Assembly (NCBI GenBank): GCA_050251875.1
Contig: JBFWMA010000001.1
Location: forward strand, 64,001-128,000
DNA length: 64,000 nt
Source of the DNA: Deferribacterales bacterium
Lineage (GTDB): Bacteria; Chrysiogenota; Deferribacteres; Deferribacterales; Geovibrionaceae
Reading direction: 5' to 3'
This document shows, piece by piece, positions 48,220-58,866 of this stretch. The translations under genes were made by a program, and so were the position numbers. Within the stretch, counting starts at the first letter, position 1. Every line of letters starts with the position of its first letter. The notes beneath the pieces are model-generated. The model saw nothing but the letters and a program-made list of their open reading frames with translations. It had not been told where the DNA came from and made no database searches.

Positions 48220-51200
48220 AAAAAAGGGGACCCCTGACATGGATGGCGAAGAACCATGTAGCCGCTAACCTGCTGATGCTGTTTCTGCTGCTCGGCGGGC
48301 TTGCCATGCTGGGCAATATGAAGAGGGAAGTTTTTCCCGATATATCCGCTGACGAGGTGAACATCAGCATATCCTATCCCGGCGCATCGCCTTCAGAGGT
48401 TGTGGACGGGGTGGTTCTGGTGACGGAAGACGCCGTGAGCGGGCTGGAATGGACCAAGAAGATCACATCCACGGCAAAAGAGGGCTCAGCCACTATCACC
48501 GTGGAGCTGGTGGAAGGCACAGACCGCCAGCAGGCTTTGCAGGATTATAAGGCGGAGATAGACCGCATCAGCACATATCCGGACGAGGCGGAAGACCCCA
48601 TTGTGTCTCTTTCCAGCCGTAAGCGCTCTGTGGTGGATATCTCGCTGTACGGCGACCTGTCGGAGACTCAGGTCAGATATTACGGAGAGGAGCTGAAACA
48701 GGCGCTTCTGGATTCTGACGGCATTACATCCGTGGCATACGCCAACAATGTGAAGGATCACGAGATCCACATCCAGATAGATGAAAAGAACCTGAGGAAA
48801 TACGGTCTGACGCTGAACACCGTTGCGTCCAGACTGTCGGACGAATCGCTGAACCTGCCTTTGGGCACCATAGACACCCGTCAGGGCGAAATGGTTTTGA
48901 GGATGCAGGATAAAAAATATACCGCCAGAGAGTTCGAAAACCTCCCGGTGGTTTCATCGCCGGAATCCGGCACAGTATATCTGAAAGATATAGCTAAGAT
49001 TTTTGACGGGTTCAAAGATGACGACATAGCCGAGACCTTTAACGGGCAGGAGAGCATCACTCTCCGGGTTTACCGTGTGGGGTCGGAGACTCCGGACGGC
49101 ATATCCGATGCGGTGAAGACAGTTATCGCCGGATTTGAGAAGAGGGTGCCGGACAATGTGAAAATAGCCGTATGGGATGACGATTCCGAGCTTCTGGCTA
49201 ACAGGATGAAGCTCCTTCTCAGAAACGCCATTCAGGGGCTGGTGCTTGTCATCATCGTTCTGGCGCTGTTCATGGAGCTGAGGCTGGCTATGTGGGTGGC
49301 GATGGGTATTCCCGTCTCTATCCTGGGATCGATAATTTTTCTGCCCATGCTGGGCGTGTCTATAAACATGATAAGTTCCTTCGCCTTCATTCTGGCGCTG
49401 GGTATAGTGGTGGATGACGCCATCGTGGTGGGGGAGAATATTTACGCCCACCGGATGATGGGCAAATCACGGCTGAACGCCGCTGTGGACGGCGTGCATG
49501 AGGTTATGACATCCGTCACCTTCTCCATGCTGACCACTGTGACGGCATTCGTTCCCCTGCTCTTCATAGAGGGCAGGCTGAAATTTCTCATGTCCGTGAT
49601 GCCTCTGGTTGTTATATCCGTTCTGGCGATATCTCTGGTGGAATCTTTCCTGATTCTGCCCGCCCACCTGAACAGCAAAGAGAGAGAGCGCAAAACCGCC
49701 CACAAGATGCGGGAGGTTTTTAAAAACGGGCTGGATTATCTGATAACAGTTCCTTATCAGAAGAGCGTGAAAGTTATGCTGGAATACAGATACGTCACGT
49801 TCGCCGTGTTTGTGAGCATGCTTATCATCGTGTTCGGTCTGGTTAAGTCCGGACATGTGAAATTCCGCTTTATGCCCGAGGTGGAGAGGGACGTTATCAG
49901 AATCGCCGTCACTCTGCCCGCCGGAAGCCCCATCACCAGCACCAAAAGAGCCCTGACGACTCTGGAGGAGACGGCGAAGATAACGGACGAACAGCTTAAG
50001 AAAGAATACGGCTCGGACGAGTCTTTCATAGAATATCTTCAGACGGGGACTCAGTCGTCCGGTGTCGCCAGACTGGCTGTGGCTCTGAAACCCGTGGAAG
50101 AGAGACCTTTCAGCACGAAAGTTTTTGAAAACACCATGAAGAAGAACCAGCCCAGAATACCCGGGATATCGTCCGTGACGTATAACTCTCTGGGTATGAG
50201 TTTCGGGGCGAATATAAACGTTCGTTTCGCCCATCCGGACGAAGCCGTTCTGATGGAAATATCCGACAAGATGCGGGCGAAGCTGGCGGGATATTCCGGT
50301 ATATCGGATATCGAAGACTCCTTTGACGAGGGCAAGAGAGAGCTGTCTTTCTCTGTAAACAGTTTCGGCAGAAGCCTTGGGCTCACCAGCGATGATGTGG
50401 CGAGACAGGTGCGGGGCGCTTTTTACGGAGTGGAGGCTATCAAGTTTCAGCGCGGGCTGAACGAGGTGACTGTCAGGGTGGAATATCCGGACAGAGACAG
50501 AAAAGACACGGATAATCTGATGAGCATGTTCATCCGGACATCTGACGGCAGAGAATATCCGTTTTACAGCGTTGCTGATATGGAAGAGACCAGAGGTCTG
50601 GCGTCTATAATCCGCACAGACAGAAAGCAGGTGGTGAACGTAACCGCCTCGGCGGATAAGAGAGCCAACCCGGCGGAGATTATGAGAGATCTGGAGGGGT
50701 CAATCATCCCTCAGCTCATGGCGGAGTATCCGGGGCTCACATGGAAATATGAGGGCGAGGAGGAGCAGAAGCAGGAGTCCAGAAAAGGTCTGGGCAAGGT
50801 TATGCCTCTGATAGCGCTCATAATGTATTCCATGCTGGCGATCCCTTTCAGAAGCTATATACAGCCGGTCATCGTAATGCTGGCGATTCCTTTCGGGCTG
50901 GTGGGGGCTGTTATCGGTCACATGATTCTGGGACTGCCCATCAGCATGATGAGTATTTTCGGGATGGTTGCTGTGGCGGGAGTGGTTGTCAACGACTCCA
51001 TAGTTATGGTATCGTTCATAAACCAGTCGGCAAGAGACCGGCGGCATATATCGCCGGAGATCGTCATAGGAGCGGGCATGCGCAGATTCCGCCCGATTCT
51101 CATGACATCGCTGACGACATTTTTCGGGCTTGCGCCCATGATTATGGAAAAATCTACACACGCTCAGATACTTATCCCTATGGCGGTGAGTCTGGCGTTT

Positions 51201-51305
51201 GGTGTTCTGTTCACCACTTTCATCGCTTTGTGCTTTGTCCCCGTGGTTTACATGATGCTGGAAGATTTTAAGAAACTATTGAATATCCAGGGGCATAATG
51301 ACTGA
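48216..51305 (+). CDS. RND efflux permease (AcrB/AcrD/AcrF family)
   Basis: NHVAANLL, GIVVDDAIVVGEN, GVVVNDSI, RRFRPILMTSLTT; 1029 aa. Confidence 0.95.
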   Translation: MKKRGPLTWMAKNHVAANLLMLFLLLGGLAMLGNMKREVFPDISADEVNISISYPGASPSEVVDGVVLVTEDAVSGLEWTKKITSTAKEGSATITVELVEGTDRQQALQDYKAEIDRISTYPDEAEDPIVSLSSRKRSVVDISLYGDLSETQVRYYGEELKQALLDSDGITSVAYANNVKDHEIHIQIDEKNLRKYGLTLNTVASRLSDESLNLPLGTIDTRQGEMVLRMQDKKYTAREFENLPVVSSPESGTVYLKDIAKIFDGFKDDDIAETFNGQESITLRVYRVGSETPDGISDAVKTVIAGFEKRVPDNVKIAVWDDDSELLANRMKLLLRNAIQGLVLVIIVLALFMELRLAMWVAMGIPVSILGSIIFLPMLGVSINMISSFAFILALGIVVDDAIVVGENIYAHRMMGKSRLNAAVDGVHEVMTSVTFSMLTTVTAFVPLLFIEGRLKFLMSVMPLVVISVLAISLVESFLILPAHLNSKERERKTAHKMREVFKNGLDYLITVPYQKSVKVMLEYRYVTFAVFVSMLIIVFGLVKSGHVKFRFMPEVERDVIRIAVTLPAGSPITSTKRALTTLEETAKITDEQLKKEYGSDESFIEYLQTGTQSSGVARLAVALKPVEERPFSTKVFENTMKKNQPRIPGISSVTYNSLGMSFGANINVRFAHPDEAVLMEISDKMRAKLAGYSGISDIEDSFDEGKRELSFSVNSFGRSLGLTSDDVARQVRGAFYGVEAIKFQRGLNEVTVRVEYPDRDRKDTDNLMSMFIRTSDGREYPFYSVADMEETRGLASIIRTDRKQVVNVTASADKRANPAEIMRDLEGSIIPQLMAEYPGLTWKYEGEEEQKQESRKGLGKVMPLIALIMYSMLAIPFRSYIQPVIVMLAIPFGLVGAVIGHMILGLPISMMSIFGMVAVAGVVVNDSIVMVSFINQSARDRRHISPEIVIGAGMRRFRPILMTSLTTFFGLAPMIMEKSTHAQILIPMAVSLAFGVLFTTFIALCFVPVVYMMLEDFKKLLNIQGHND

Positions 51306-51847
51306 TGATTACCGCATTTGACATTTTCGGAATAGCGCTCGCTATGAGCATAGACGCTTTCTGCGTCTGTATCTGTATAGGGATGAAATACCATAAGCTG
51401 TCTAACTATATACGTCTCGGAGGGGCTTTCGGCTGGTTTCAGTTTCTGATGCCGGTTATAGGAGCCTTTGCGGGCAGGGCGCTTATGCGTTATACTGATA
51501 ACATAAAATATCTGGCGGCTGCCTTTCTTATATATGTCGCGTGGCACATGTTCAGAGAGGCTTACAAGCACAAGGAATGTAAGGTGTACACCAGCGACCC
51601 CACGAAGGGCGCTCAGCTTATCTTTCTTTCGCTCGCCACCAGCATGGACGCTCTGGGAGCGGGGCTCTCGCTGTGCATGTGGGACGGCGGGATTGTGATG
51701 GCATCCGTGGTGATCGGCGTTGTGTGCATGGTGATGAGTTTCATCGGTGTCGCCATCGGTCAGCACAGCAGACGATACATCGGTTATTACGCCGAATATT
51801 TCGGCGCCGCTGTTCTGGTGATTATCGGTATCCGTTTCATAATATAG
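51305..51847 (+). CDS. mntP: Manganese efflux pump MntP
   Basis: ALAMSIDAF, FQFLMPVIG, ATSMDALGAG. Confidence 0.88.
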   Translation: MITAFDIFGIALAMSIDAFCVCICIGMKYHKLSNYIRLGGAFGWFQFLMPVIGAFAGRALMRYTDNIKYLAAAFLIYVAWHMFREAYKHKECKVYTSDPTKGAQLIFLSLATSMDALGAGLSLCMWDGGIVMASVVIGVVCMVMSFIGVAIGQHSRRYIGYYAEYFGAAVLVIIGIRFII

Positions 51848-51857
51848 GAGAGTTTTC

Positions 51858-53318
51858 ATGTCTTCATTCAACATCATGTTCGTATCCAGCGAGGTAGCTC
51901 CCTTTTCCAAAACAGGAGGACTGGCGGATGTCTGTTCTTCACTGCCCATCGCTCTTGCGGCTAAGAACAGAGTGATAGTGGTGTCGCCTCTGTATTCCTC
52001 CATCAACAGAGAGAAATACGGTATAAAGCCGGTGACGGGCGGATGCTGTGTTCACATGGGCAACTGCGAGGAGTTTTACGCTCTGCACCACACACAGATA
52101 GATAATGTTGACTATTACTTTCTGGAGTTTGACAAATATTTCAACCGTCAGGGGATTTATCATACAAAGGCGGGCGAATACGGCGACAATCCGTTCCGCT
52201 TCAGCTTTCTGTCCCGTGCCTCTCTTCAGGTGGCTAAGGATCTGGATTTTCAGCCGGATATAGTGCATGCCAACGACTGGCAGACGGGGCTGGTGCCTTA
52301 TTATGTGAAAAGACTCGGCGATCCTTATTTCGCCGCAACAAAGAGTGTTATCACCATACATAACATAGGATATCAGGGGCTTTTCGGACCGGAAGTTCTG
52401 GAATACGCCGGGATACATCCGGATGATTTCAACGCCGGAGCGTTCGAGAATTTCGGTGGGGTAAACCTGCTGAAGGGCGGTCTCGCCTTCGCCGACAAGA
52501 TAACCACAGTGAGCCCCACATATGCCAAAGAGATCAGAGGACCCGTGGGATCATCCGGTCTGCACGATCTTCTGAATGCCAGAGGATATGATGTTCTGGG
52601 GATTCTGAACGGAATCGACACGAACGTGTGGAATCCGAAAAAAGATACATATATACCCTATCAGTTCGATGCCAGATCGATGAAATCGAAGACAAAGAAC
52701 AAGCTGGAGCTCCAGAAACGCTTCGGGCTGAAACAGGATGAGAATATCGCCCTGTTCGGCTTTGTGGGCAGGTTTGCCGATCAGAAAGGTCTGCATCTTC
52801 TGCGTGACGCCTGTGTCAGGGCGGTGCGGGATATGGTCTGTCAGTTTGTGATTGTGGGTTCCGGCGAGCAGGACTACGAAGATTTTTTCGGCGGACTGCC
52901 GGCACGTTTTCCAGGTGAGATCGGATCATACATCGGATACAGCGAGGAGACAGCGCATCTTGTTGAGGCGGGGGCGGATTTCTTCGTGATGCCTTCGCTC
53001 TATGAGCCATGCGGGCTGAACCAGATGTATTCGCTGGCATACGGCACTCTCCCCGTGGTGAGAGCCACAGGAGGGCTGGAAGACACGGTGGAGAACTATG
53101 ACGAAACCACCGGAGGCGGAACAGGATTTAAATTTGAAGCCATCAGCGCTCAGGCGCTTTATGATACCATAGGCTGGGCTGTCAGCACATATTACGACAG
53201 ACCTCAGCACATAGAGATGATGAGAAAGAGAGCCATGAAGCAGGATTTCAGCTGGAAAAAATCAGCGGCGCTTTATCAGTCGCTTTACGAATGGCTCAAA
53301 CAGCCGGATATCTTTTAG
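51858..53318 (+). CDS. glgA: Glycogen synthase
   Basis: KTGGLADV, HANDWQT, TIHNIGYQG, QKG, EPCGLNQM, TGGLEDTV. Confidence 0.96.
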   Translation: MSSFNIMFVSSEVAPFSKTGGLADVCSSLPIALAAKNRVIVVSPLYSSINREKYGIKPVTGGCCVHMGNCEEFYALHHTQIDNVDYYFLEFDKYFNRQGIYHTKAGEYGDNPFRFSFLSRASLQVAKDLDFQPDIVHANDWQTGLVPYYVKRLGDPYFAATKSVITIHNIGYQGLFGPEVLEYAGIHPDDFNAGAFENFGGVNLLKGGLAFADKITTVSPTYAKEIRGPVGSSGLHDLLNARGYDVLGILNGIDTNVWNPKKDTYIPYQFDARSMKSKTKNKLELQKRFGLKQDENIALFGFVGRFADQKGLHLLRDACVRAVRDMVCQFVIVGSGEQDYEDFFGGLPARFPGEIGSYIGYSEETAHLVEAGADFFVMPSLYEPCGLNQMYSLAYGTLPVVRATGGLEDTVENYDETTGGGTGFKFEAISAQALYDTIGWAVSTYYDRPQHIEMMRKRAMKQDFSWKKSAALYQSLYEWLKQPDIF

Positions 53319-53326
53319 ATAAAAAT

Positions 53327-53409
53327 GTCATTGCGAACCATTTATGGTGAAGCAATCTTCTGTAGTCAAAATACTGTGAAGACTGCTTCGGATAAGTCCT
53401 CGCAGTGAC
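53327..53409. repeat. CGTC-type REP-like palindrome between convergent genes
   Basis: GTCATTGCGA..GAAGCAATCTTC-loop-GAAGACTGCTTC..TCGCAGTGAC. Confidence 0.8.
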
Positions 53410-53419
53410 TTTGTTTCAT

Positions 53420-54298
53420 CTACGCTGTTTTTGGTTTTTTATTAATAAGATATACTGCGGTGAACACGAACAGACCGCCTAATATGGTGGTATAGTGGAT
53501 TGGCTCTTTCAGGAAGAACCAGCTCATCAGAAGGGCGTTCACCGGAACCAGATATACGAACGAGCTTGTTTTCTGCGAGCCTATTCTGGCCGCCGCTATG
53601 AAGAAAATCGTTGAGCCGAATGTGGTCGCTCCCGCCGCCAGCAAAGATATATTGAACCAGAAAGCGAACGTCTGAGGCACTGCCATGGAATATCCCTTAA
53701 ACTGAATCAGCAGAAAATCGAGCACGGATGTGAACAGATACAGATAGAAGCTGTATGTGAATACGTTTGTATACTTTTTTACATAGGCGCTGAAATATGT
53801 GAGCACAGCCCAGAGTAAAGCCGCCGCCAGAAAGTATATATTGCCGCTGGAGAAGAGTTTTTCTATGCTGGTGTCCCAAATGTTAATGATAATCATTGCG
53901 CCGCACATGCCCAGTATCAGCCCCAGAGAATCCTTAAGACTGGGCGCTCTCAGACTGATGACGCTCACCAGAACAAATGTCAGAACGGGAATCAGTGTGG
54001 TGACGAGTATTCCGCCCACTCCCGCCAGACCGTATATCAGCCCGGTGAAGAACATTTCGTTATATCCTATCAGTATGATGGAACAGATGAATGTAAATAT
54101 GAGCCCCTGACGGTTGATCTTAAAAGTCTGTTTAAGGTATATCATGACAGGGAGATAGGTGATCCATGTGAGAGCGAAGCGGTAGAAAAGCAGAACCTCA
54201 GGATGAGCCATCTTGGCAACGATTTTTGCGGATATCCACGATTCGCCCCAGCTGACCATTGCCAGAACCATGAGTAAATAAAATACAGCTTCCGACAT
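53420..54298 (-). CDS. DMT/EamA family transporter
   Basis: About 10 TM segments, SWGESW, FYRF, duplicated EamA pattern. Confidence 0.88.
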   Translation of the reverse strand: MSEAVFYLLMVLAMVSWGESWISAKIVAKMAHPEVLLFYRFALTWITYLPVMIYLKQTFKINRQGLIFTFICSIILIGYNEMFFTGLIYGLAGVGGILVTTLIPVLTFVLVSVISLRAPSLKDSLGLILGMCGAMIIINIWDTSIEKLFSSGNIYFLAAALLWAVLTYFSAYVKKYTNVFTYSFYLYLFTSVLDFLLIQFKGYSMAVPQTFAFWFNISLLAAGATTFGSTIFFIAAARIGSQKTSSFVYLVPVNALLMSWFFLKEPIHYTTILGGLFVFTAVYLINKKPKTA

Positions 54299-54341
54299 TA
54301 CGTCCTCTCAGAAAGAAGATGCGGCAAACATGCCTTTAAAC

Positions 54342-54364
54342 AAAAAGCCCACCAATGGTGGGCT
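54342..54364 (-). terminator. Terminator downstream of the tRNA
   Basis: AGCCCACC-AAT-GGTGGGCT with U-tract on the minus strand. Confidence 0.75.
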
Positions 54365-54373
54365 GATTATTTT

Positions 54374-54450
<77 letters not shown>

Positions 54451-54463
54451 TCAAGGGAAATAG

Positions 54464-54492
54464 ACACTATCAAATTAATCGAGGCATGTCAA
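54464..54492 (-). promoter_or_regulatory. Sigma70 promoter of tRNA-fMet
   Basis: TTGACA-17 nt-TAGTGT with extended TGn. Confidence 0.7.
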
Positions 54493-54652
54493 CCCGCAAT
54501 TTTATTTTTTTATAAATTAATTCTGACATGCTAAAGAGCGGGATTTTTTATGTATTTTTATTATTTATGAGAAAATGTGCGGTTTATGCTTGAATTTCTT
54601 GTGAAAAAGGTGATTAATATTGTCAGCAAACAAACTTTTACCGAGGTCATGA

Positions 54653-56155
54653 GTGATGAAAATTTCCTGTAGAAAAAAAACTGCCCTCAATTCAAAGAAA
54701 GATGCCGTTCTGATTCCCGTTTACCGCAACATGCGCGCTCTTAAAGCCCTCACAGGCAAAAAGATAGAAGATGAGATCAACGACATGATAGCTTCCGACT
54801 ACTTTTCATATGACGAGAAAGAGTTCTCCTCTTTCTTTATGGAGATAGGCGGAAAGCTGAAAAAAATATATCTGGTGAGCGTGTCAAAAGACCCTCAGGA
54901 TTCCAGATATTATATGGAGCTTGGCGCTACATTCGCTAAACTGCTGAAAAAAGAGAGAATATCCAGCTTTTCCATGATCGCTTTCGAAGACATATACATG
55001 GACAAGAAAGACCCGCAGTACACAGCGGCGTTTCTGGACGGATTCTTCTTCGGTCAGTACAGCTTCGATGTTTATAAGTCTAAACAGGAGAAGAGCTATC
55101 AGTTCGATGAGGTGGAGATAATCACATCCTACACCAAGCTGAAAAGATACATAGACGACAACGCAGCCGAGTGGAACATTCAGTTCGACAACATTTACAT
55201 GGCGAGAGATCTGGTGAACACTCCCCCCGCCGACCTGACCCCCGAAATTTTTGCCGGCAAGGTAAAAGAGGCGGAGAGCGATACTCTGAAAGTGACCGTG
55301 GTGGACGACATGGCTGAACTCAGCGAAAAATTTCCCATGGTATACGGCGTGGGAAAAGGAAGCCCGAACCTGCCCAGAATGGTTATCATGGAATACAACG
55401 GCAACCCCGAAAGCCCCAAGCACATCGCTCTGGTGGGCAAGGGTGTTACCTATGACTCAGGCGGAACAAACCTGAAACCCACAGGCTCCATCGAAGACAT
55501 GAAAACAGATATGGCGGGAGCCGCCGCAATGTTCGCCGTGACTAAAACAGCCAGCGAAACCGGACTGAAAGTGAACATAAAGACATACATACCCATGGTG
55601 GAGAACATCATCGGTACAAACGCATATAAACCCGGCGATATCCTCACCAGCGCCATGGGAAAAACTGTGGAGATTCTGAACACAGACGCGGAAGGCAGGC
55701 TTATCCTCGCCGATGCTCTCTACACAGCCACACAGTCCGACCCTGAGGTGATTATAGACGCCGCCACACTGACAGGCGCCTGTATCATCGCTCTGGGCAA
55801 ACACTGCGCCGGACTCTTCAGCAATAGAAAATTTCTCGCTAAAAACATCACGGATATATCATACGATATAGCTGAGGATATATGGGAATTGCCGCTTCTG
55901 CCCTCATATCAGAAAAGGGTTAAGAGCGACAACGCCGATCTGCGCAACATCGCCAGACAAAAAGGCGAGGCGGGCTCAGTCATCGCAGGACTCTTTCTTC
56001 AGGAGTTCGTGGACAACTGGCCCTGGATACACCTCGACATAGCCGGTCCGGCATATATCGAAGAGGAACACCCGATATTCGGAAAATACGCCACCGGATT
56101 CGGAATCCGTCTGCTGAGCAGATTTATAAAAGTACATTACGCTGAGGCAAACTGA
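54653..56155 (+). CDS. pepA: Leucyl aminopeptidase (M17)
   Basis: GKGVTYDSGG, MKTDMAG, NTDAEGRL, ATLTGA, WIHLDIAG. Confidence 0.94.
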   Translation: MMKISCRKKTALNSKKDAVLIPVYRNMRALKALTGKKIEDEINDMIASDYFSYDEKEFSSFFMEIGGKLKKIYLVSVSKDPQDSRYYMELGATFAKLLKKERISSFSMIAFEDIYMDKKDPQYTAAFLDGFFFGQYSFDVYKSKQEKSYQFDEVEIITSYTKLKRYIDDNAAEWNIQFDNIYMARDLVNTPPADLTPEIFAGKVKEAESDTLKVTVVDDMAELSEKFPMVYGVGKGSPNLPRMVIMEYNGNPESPKHIALVGKGVTYDSGGTNLKPTGSIEDMKTDMAGAAAMFAVTKTASETGLKVNIKTYIPMVENIIGTNAYKPGDILTSAMGKTVEILNTDAEGRLILADALYTATQSDPEVIIDAATLTGACIIALGKHCAGLFSNRKFLAKNITDISYDIAEDIWELPLLPSYQKRVKSDNADLRNIARQKGEAGSVIAGLFLQEFVDNWPWIHLDIAGPAYIEEEHPIFGKYATGFGIRLLSRFIKVHYAEAN

Positions 56156-56156
56156 T

Positions 56157-56184
56157 AAACGGGGGACTTTTGTCCCCCGTTTTT
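56157..56184 (+). terminator. Intrinsic terminator after pepA
   Basis: AAACGGGGGAC-TTTT-GTCCCCCGTTT followed by further T. Confidence 0.8.
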
Positions 56185-56186
56185 AT

Positions 56187-57893
56187 ATGAAATACAAAAG
56201 ACTGATTTTTTTCATATCCCTTCTGATGCTGGTCTATGCCCTGTCCGGAGCTGTCAGATACCGTCAGCATATCATCATTATGAACAGTCCGGCGCACCAT
56301 GCGGGCAATGACATAATAATGGTGAGCAATGACAGCTACCGCTGGCTGAGGTATTCGGGAAAATATACGGCAGGCACAGACGGGCTGTCGGGTTTTCCGC
56401 AGCAGGCTTCGGTGCCATGGTTCAGACCTCTTCTGCCGGAGATGATAGATTTTGTGTCTTCTGCGTCCGGGCTCAGTCCGGAGGTATCTTCCAGTCTGCT
56501 GACAGTATTTTTATCCGGGCTTTTCATATTTCCGCTTGGACTGTTCTTTTATCTGATCGGTTATCCGGCTTCCGGCATTGGCGCAGCCGTCACGGGGTCG
56601 CTCAGCTTCATCTATCTTTCCCGCACCACCGCTTTTCAGGCGGATACAGATTCGCTCAATCTGTTCTTCATGTTTCTGACACCTCTTTTCATCCGGCTGA
56701 CTGACAAAAAGCTGTATCTTTTCTCAGCCCTTGCCGGGGTGTCGTGTCTGCTTCATTATTACTGGTATTTTCACGGCGTTTTTACTTTTATGTGGCTGGC
56801 GGTTCTTTCGGGATATCTGATATACGCAAAGAGAGGCGTGAGACAGACGGTATGGGCTCTGCTCCTGTTTCTGTTTTTCAGCGGGATTTTTCCGGCGTTC
56901 GAGGTTCTGGGCAATCTGAGGAGTTTCATATCTCCGGAGACAGTCAGAAGCTGGCATCAGAATGTGGACGAGCTGAGGGTTCATGGTTTCGGCGATACTC
57001 TGGGGCTTCTTGGGGCGTATAAATATCCGGTTCTGACCGGGCTCATGTTGTGTGTTTTTCTGTTCCGGCGTATTTTTCTGATACTGCCTGTTATGGCGCT
57101 GGGACTGCTGGTCTTTCTCAGAGGGGAGAGATTCGGGATGTATCTGGCTCCGTTTGCCGGAGCGGGCATCGGGTTTCTCTGTCAGTACGCAGTCAGGAGG
57201 GCTGGCAGGTTCGCCTATCTGCTCTCCTTATCTCTGGCGTTTTTTCTGTGTGTGTTTCTTGTACGTCCCCATCTGGACTTTGTGCCTGCGCCTTATGTCT
57301 CCTCCGGTGTCTATTCCGCTGTGAAAGAGGCTCCCGTGGCGAAGGGCAGTCTTGCTCTGTGCGGATGGAACCACGGTTTTCTGGTGGAATACCTGAAAGG
57401 AGTCCGGTGTTCGTCTGACGGAGCGACTCAGTTTAAGGAGGGGAGCAGGCTGACACAGCAAGCTATAGCTTCCGTCAATAATGTAAAAGAACCACTTCTC
57501 GGGCTCAGCGCCGGGAACGATATGTTTATATTTATATTTTCAGAAGATTATGCGGTGTCCGGCGGAGACGGATTATATTATTTCGCTCCGTGCGGAGAGG
57601 ACGGCGACTGCTCGGGAATACGGCTCGGAAATCAAGTTGCTGTAGGTAAAATACTTTTTCTCGGGCGCACAGGGCAGGGAGATAATGAAAAGCGGGAGCC
57701 TGTGTTCGGTGTGCTGGCTGAAGACAGGAGCGGTCTGGCTGTTTTTGATAATAAAACAACGCAAAGTCTTTTTGGAAAAACGTTCATTATAGGTTCGCCC
57801 GATATATCCTGCGTGAAAAAAGTTTACCGCAAATTTCCATATACAGCAGTTTATAAGGCGTCTTACGATTGTCTCTCCAGTCACGGCGAATAG
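56187..57893 (+). CDS. STT3/PglB-like GT-C oligosaccharyltransferase homologue with degenerate WWDxG motif
   Basis: SNDSY, DTDSLNLFF, NVDEL, GERFGMYLAP, GWNHGF, SDGATQ in PglB motif order; many TM segments. Confidence 0.72.
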   Translation: MKYKRLIFFISLLMLVYALSGAVRYRQHIIIMNSPAHHAGNDIIMVSNDSYRWLRYSGKYTAGTDGLSGFPQQASVPWFRPLLPEMIDFVSSASGLSPEVSSSLLTVFLSGLFIFPLGLFFYLIGYPASGIGAAVTGSLSFIYLSRTTAFQADTDSLNLFFMFLTPLFIRLTDKKLYLFSALAGVSCLLHYYWYFHGVFTFMWLAVLSGYLIYAKRGVRQTVWALLLFLFFSGIFPAFEVLGNLRSFISPETVRSWHQNVDELRVHGFGDTLGLLGAYKYPVLTGLMLCVFLFRRIFLILPVMALGLLVFLRGERFGMYLAPFAGAGIGFLCQYAVRRAGRFAYLLSLSLAFFLCVFLVRPHLDFVPAPYVSSGVYSAVKEAPVAKGSLALCGWNHGFLVEYLKGVRCSSDGATQFKEGSRLTQQAIASVNNVKEPLLGLSAGNDMFIFIFSEDYAVSGGDGLYYFAPCGEDGDCSGIRLGNQVAVGKILFLGRTGQGDNEKREPVFGVLAEDRSGLAVFDNKTTQSLFGKTFIIGSPDISCVKKVYRKFPYTAVYKASYDCLSSHGE

Positions 57894-57978
57894 AATAGGC
57901 GTTCTGTGTTTTTTGACTATTGATTTTTTCTATATTTATGGTATTTTCAACTTATATTGAAAAGGCAGGAGAAAATCT

Positions 57979-58866
57979 ATGGACTTTAAGCAGATCGAGG
58001 CTTTCGTTTTCGTGGCAAAATACAAATCATTTTCCAGAGCGGCAGAGAAACTCCTTTTAAGTCAGCCTACCATTTCAACACACATCAGCACGCTGGAAGA
58101 GCAGCTCGGGGTGAAACTTTTCGATAGACTTTCCAAAGAGGTCGTGCTCACCGAAGCGGGACAGATATTCTTTCCCTATGCTGTGGATATTCTCGATCTC
58201 AGAGAGAGATCACACGAGGCTGTTAAAGAGTTTTTAAACGAAGTAAGCGGACACCTGCACATAGGCTACAGCACTGTTGCCGCTGAGTTTATTCTTCCTG
58301 AGGTTATCAAGAAGTTTAAAGAGGATTATCCCAAAACCTTCTTTACTATAGACAATGGCGGGACACAGACCATCATCCAGAGGCTGTCTGACGGCATACT
58401 CGATCTGGCTGTGGTCGCCAGAAAGATTCCTAAGAAAGATCTGGAATACAAAGTTCTTACAAAAGATAAAATTGTCCTGATAGTGCATAAAAACCACAAA
58501 TTCTACACCAGAGGCAGTGTTTTCATCGAAGAGATTCTGGGCGAGGATTTCATCACCAGAGAGATCGGTTCCGGTACCAGAGCCAGTGTTGAGCATGGGT
58601 TCAAGCAGAAGGGATACGACTTCGAAAGCCTGAAGACTGTCGCCGTTCTCAGCTCCACCTTCTCTATCAAGAATGCCGTGAAAAAAGAGCTGGGCATCGC
58701 CTTTATGTCTGAAATGGCTCTGACAGACGAATGTGACGGCAGTATAAAGGCTATCCCCGTGACAGACCTTGTGGTGGAAAAAGAGGTCTATGTGGTTTAC
58801 AGCAAAAACCGCACAAACAAGAAACTGCTCAAGCATTATATAGATACGCTGTTAAAATTTAAGTAA
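57979..58866 (+). CDS. LysR-family regulator (selenium-metabolism-associated type)
   Basis: SFSRAAEKLLLSQPTIS HTH, REIGSGTR; overlaps the selU start. Confidence 0.92.
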   Translation: MDFKQIEAFVFVAKYKSFSRAAEKLLLSQPTISTHISTLEEQLGVKLFDRLSKEVVLTEAGQIFFPYAVDILDLRERSHEAVKEFLNEVSGHLHIGYSTVAAEFILPEVIKKFKEDYPKTFFTIDNGGTQTIIQRLSDGILDLAVVARKIPKKDLEYKVLTKDKIVLIVHKNHKFYTRGSVFIEEILGEDFITREIGSGTRASVEHGFKQKGYDFESLKTVAVLSSTFSIKNAVKKELGIAFMSEMALTDECDGSIKAIPVTDLVVEKEVYVVYSKNRTNKKLLKHYIDTLLKFK

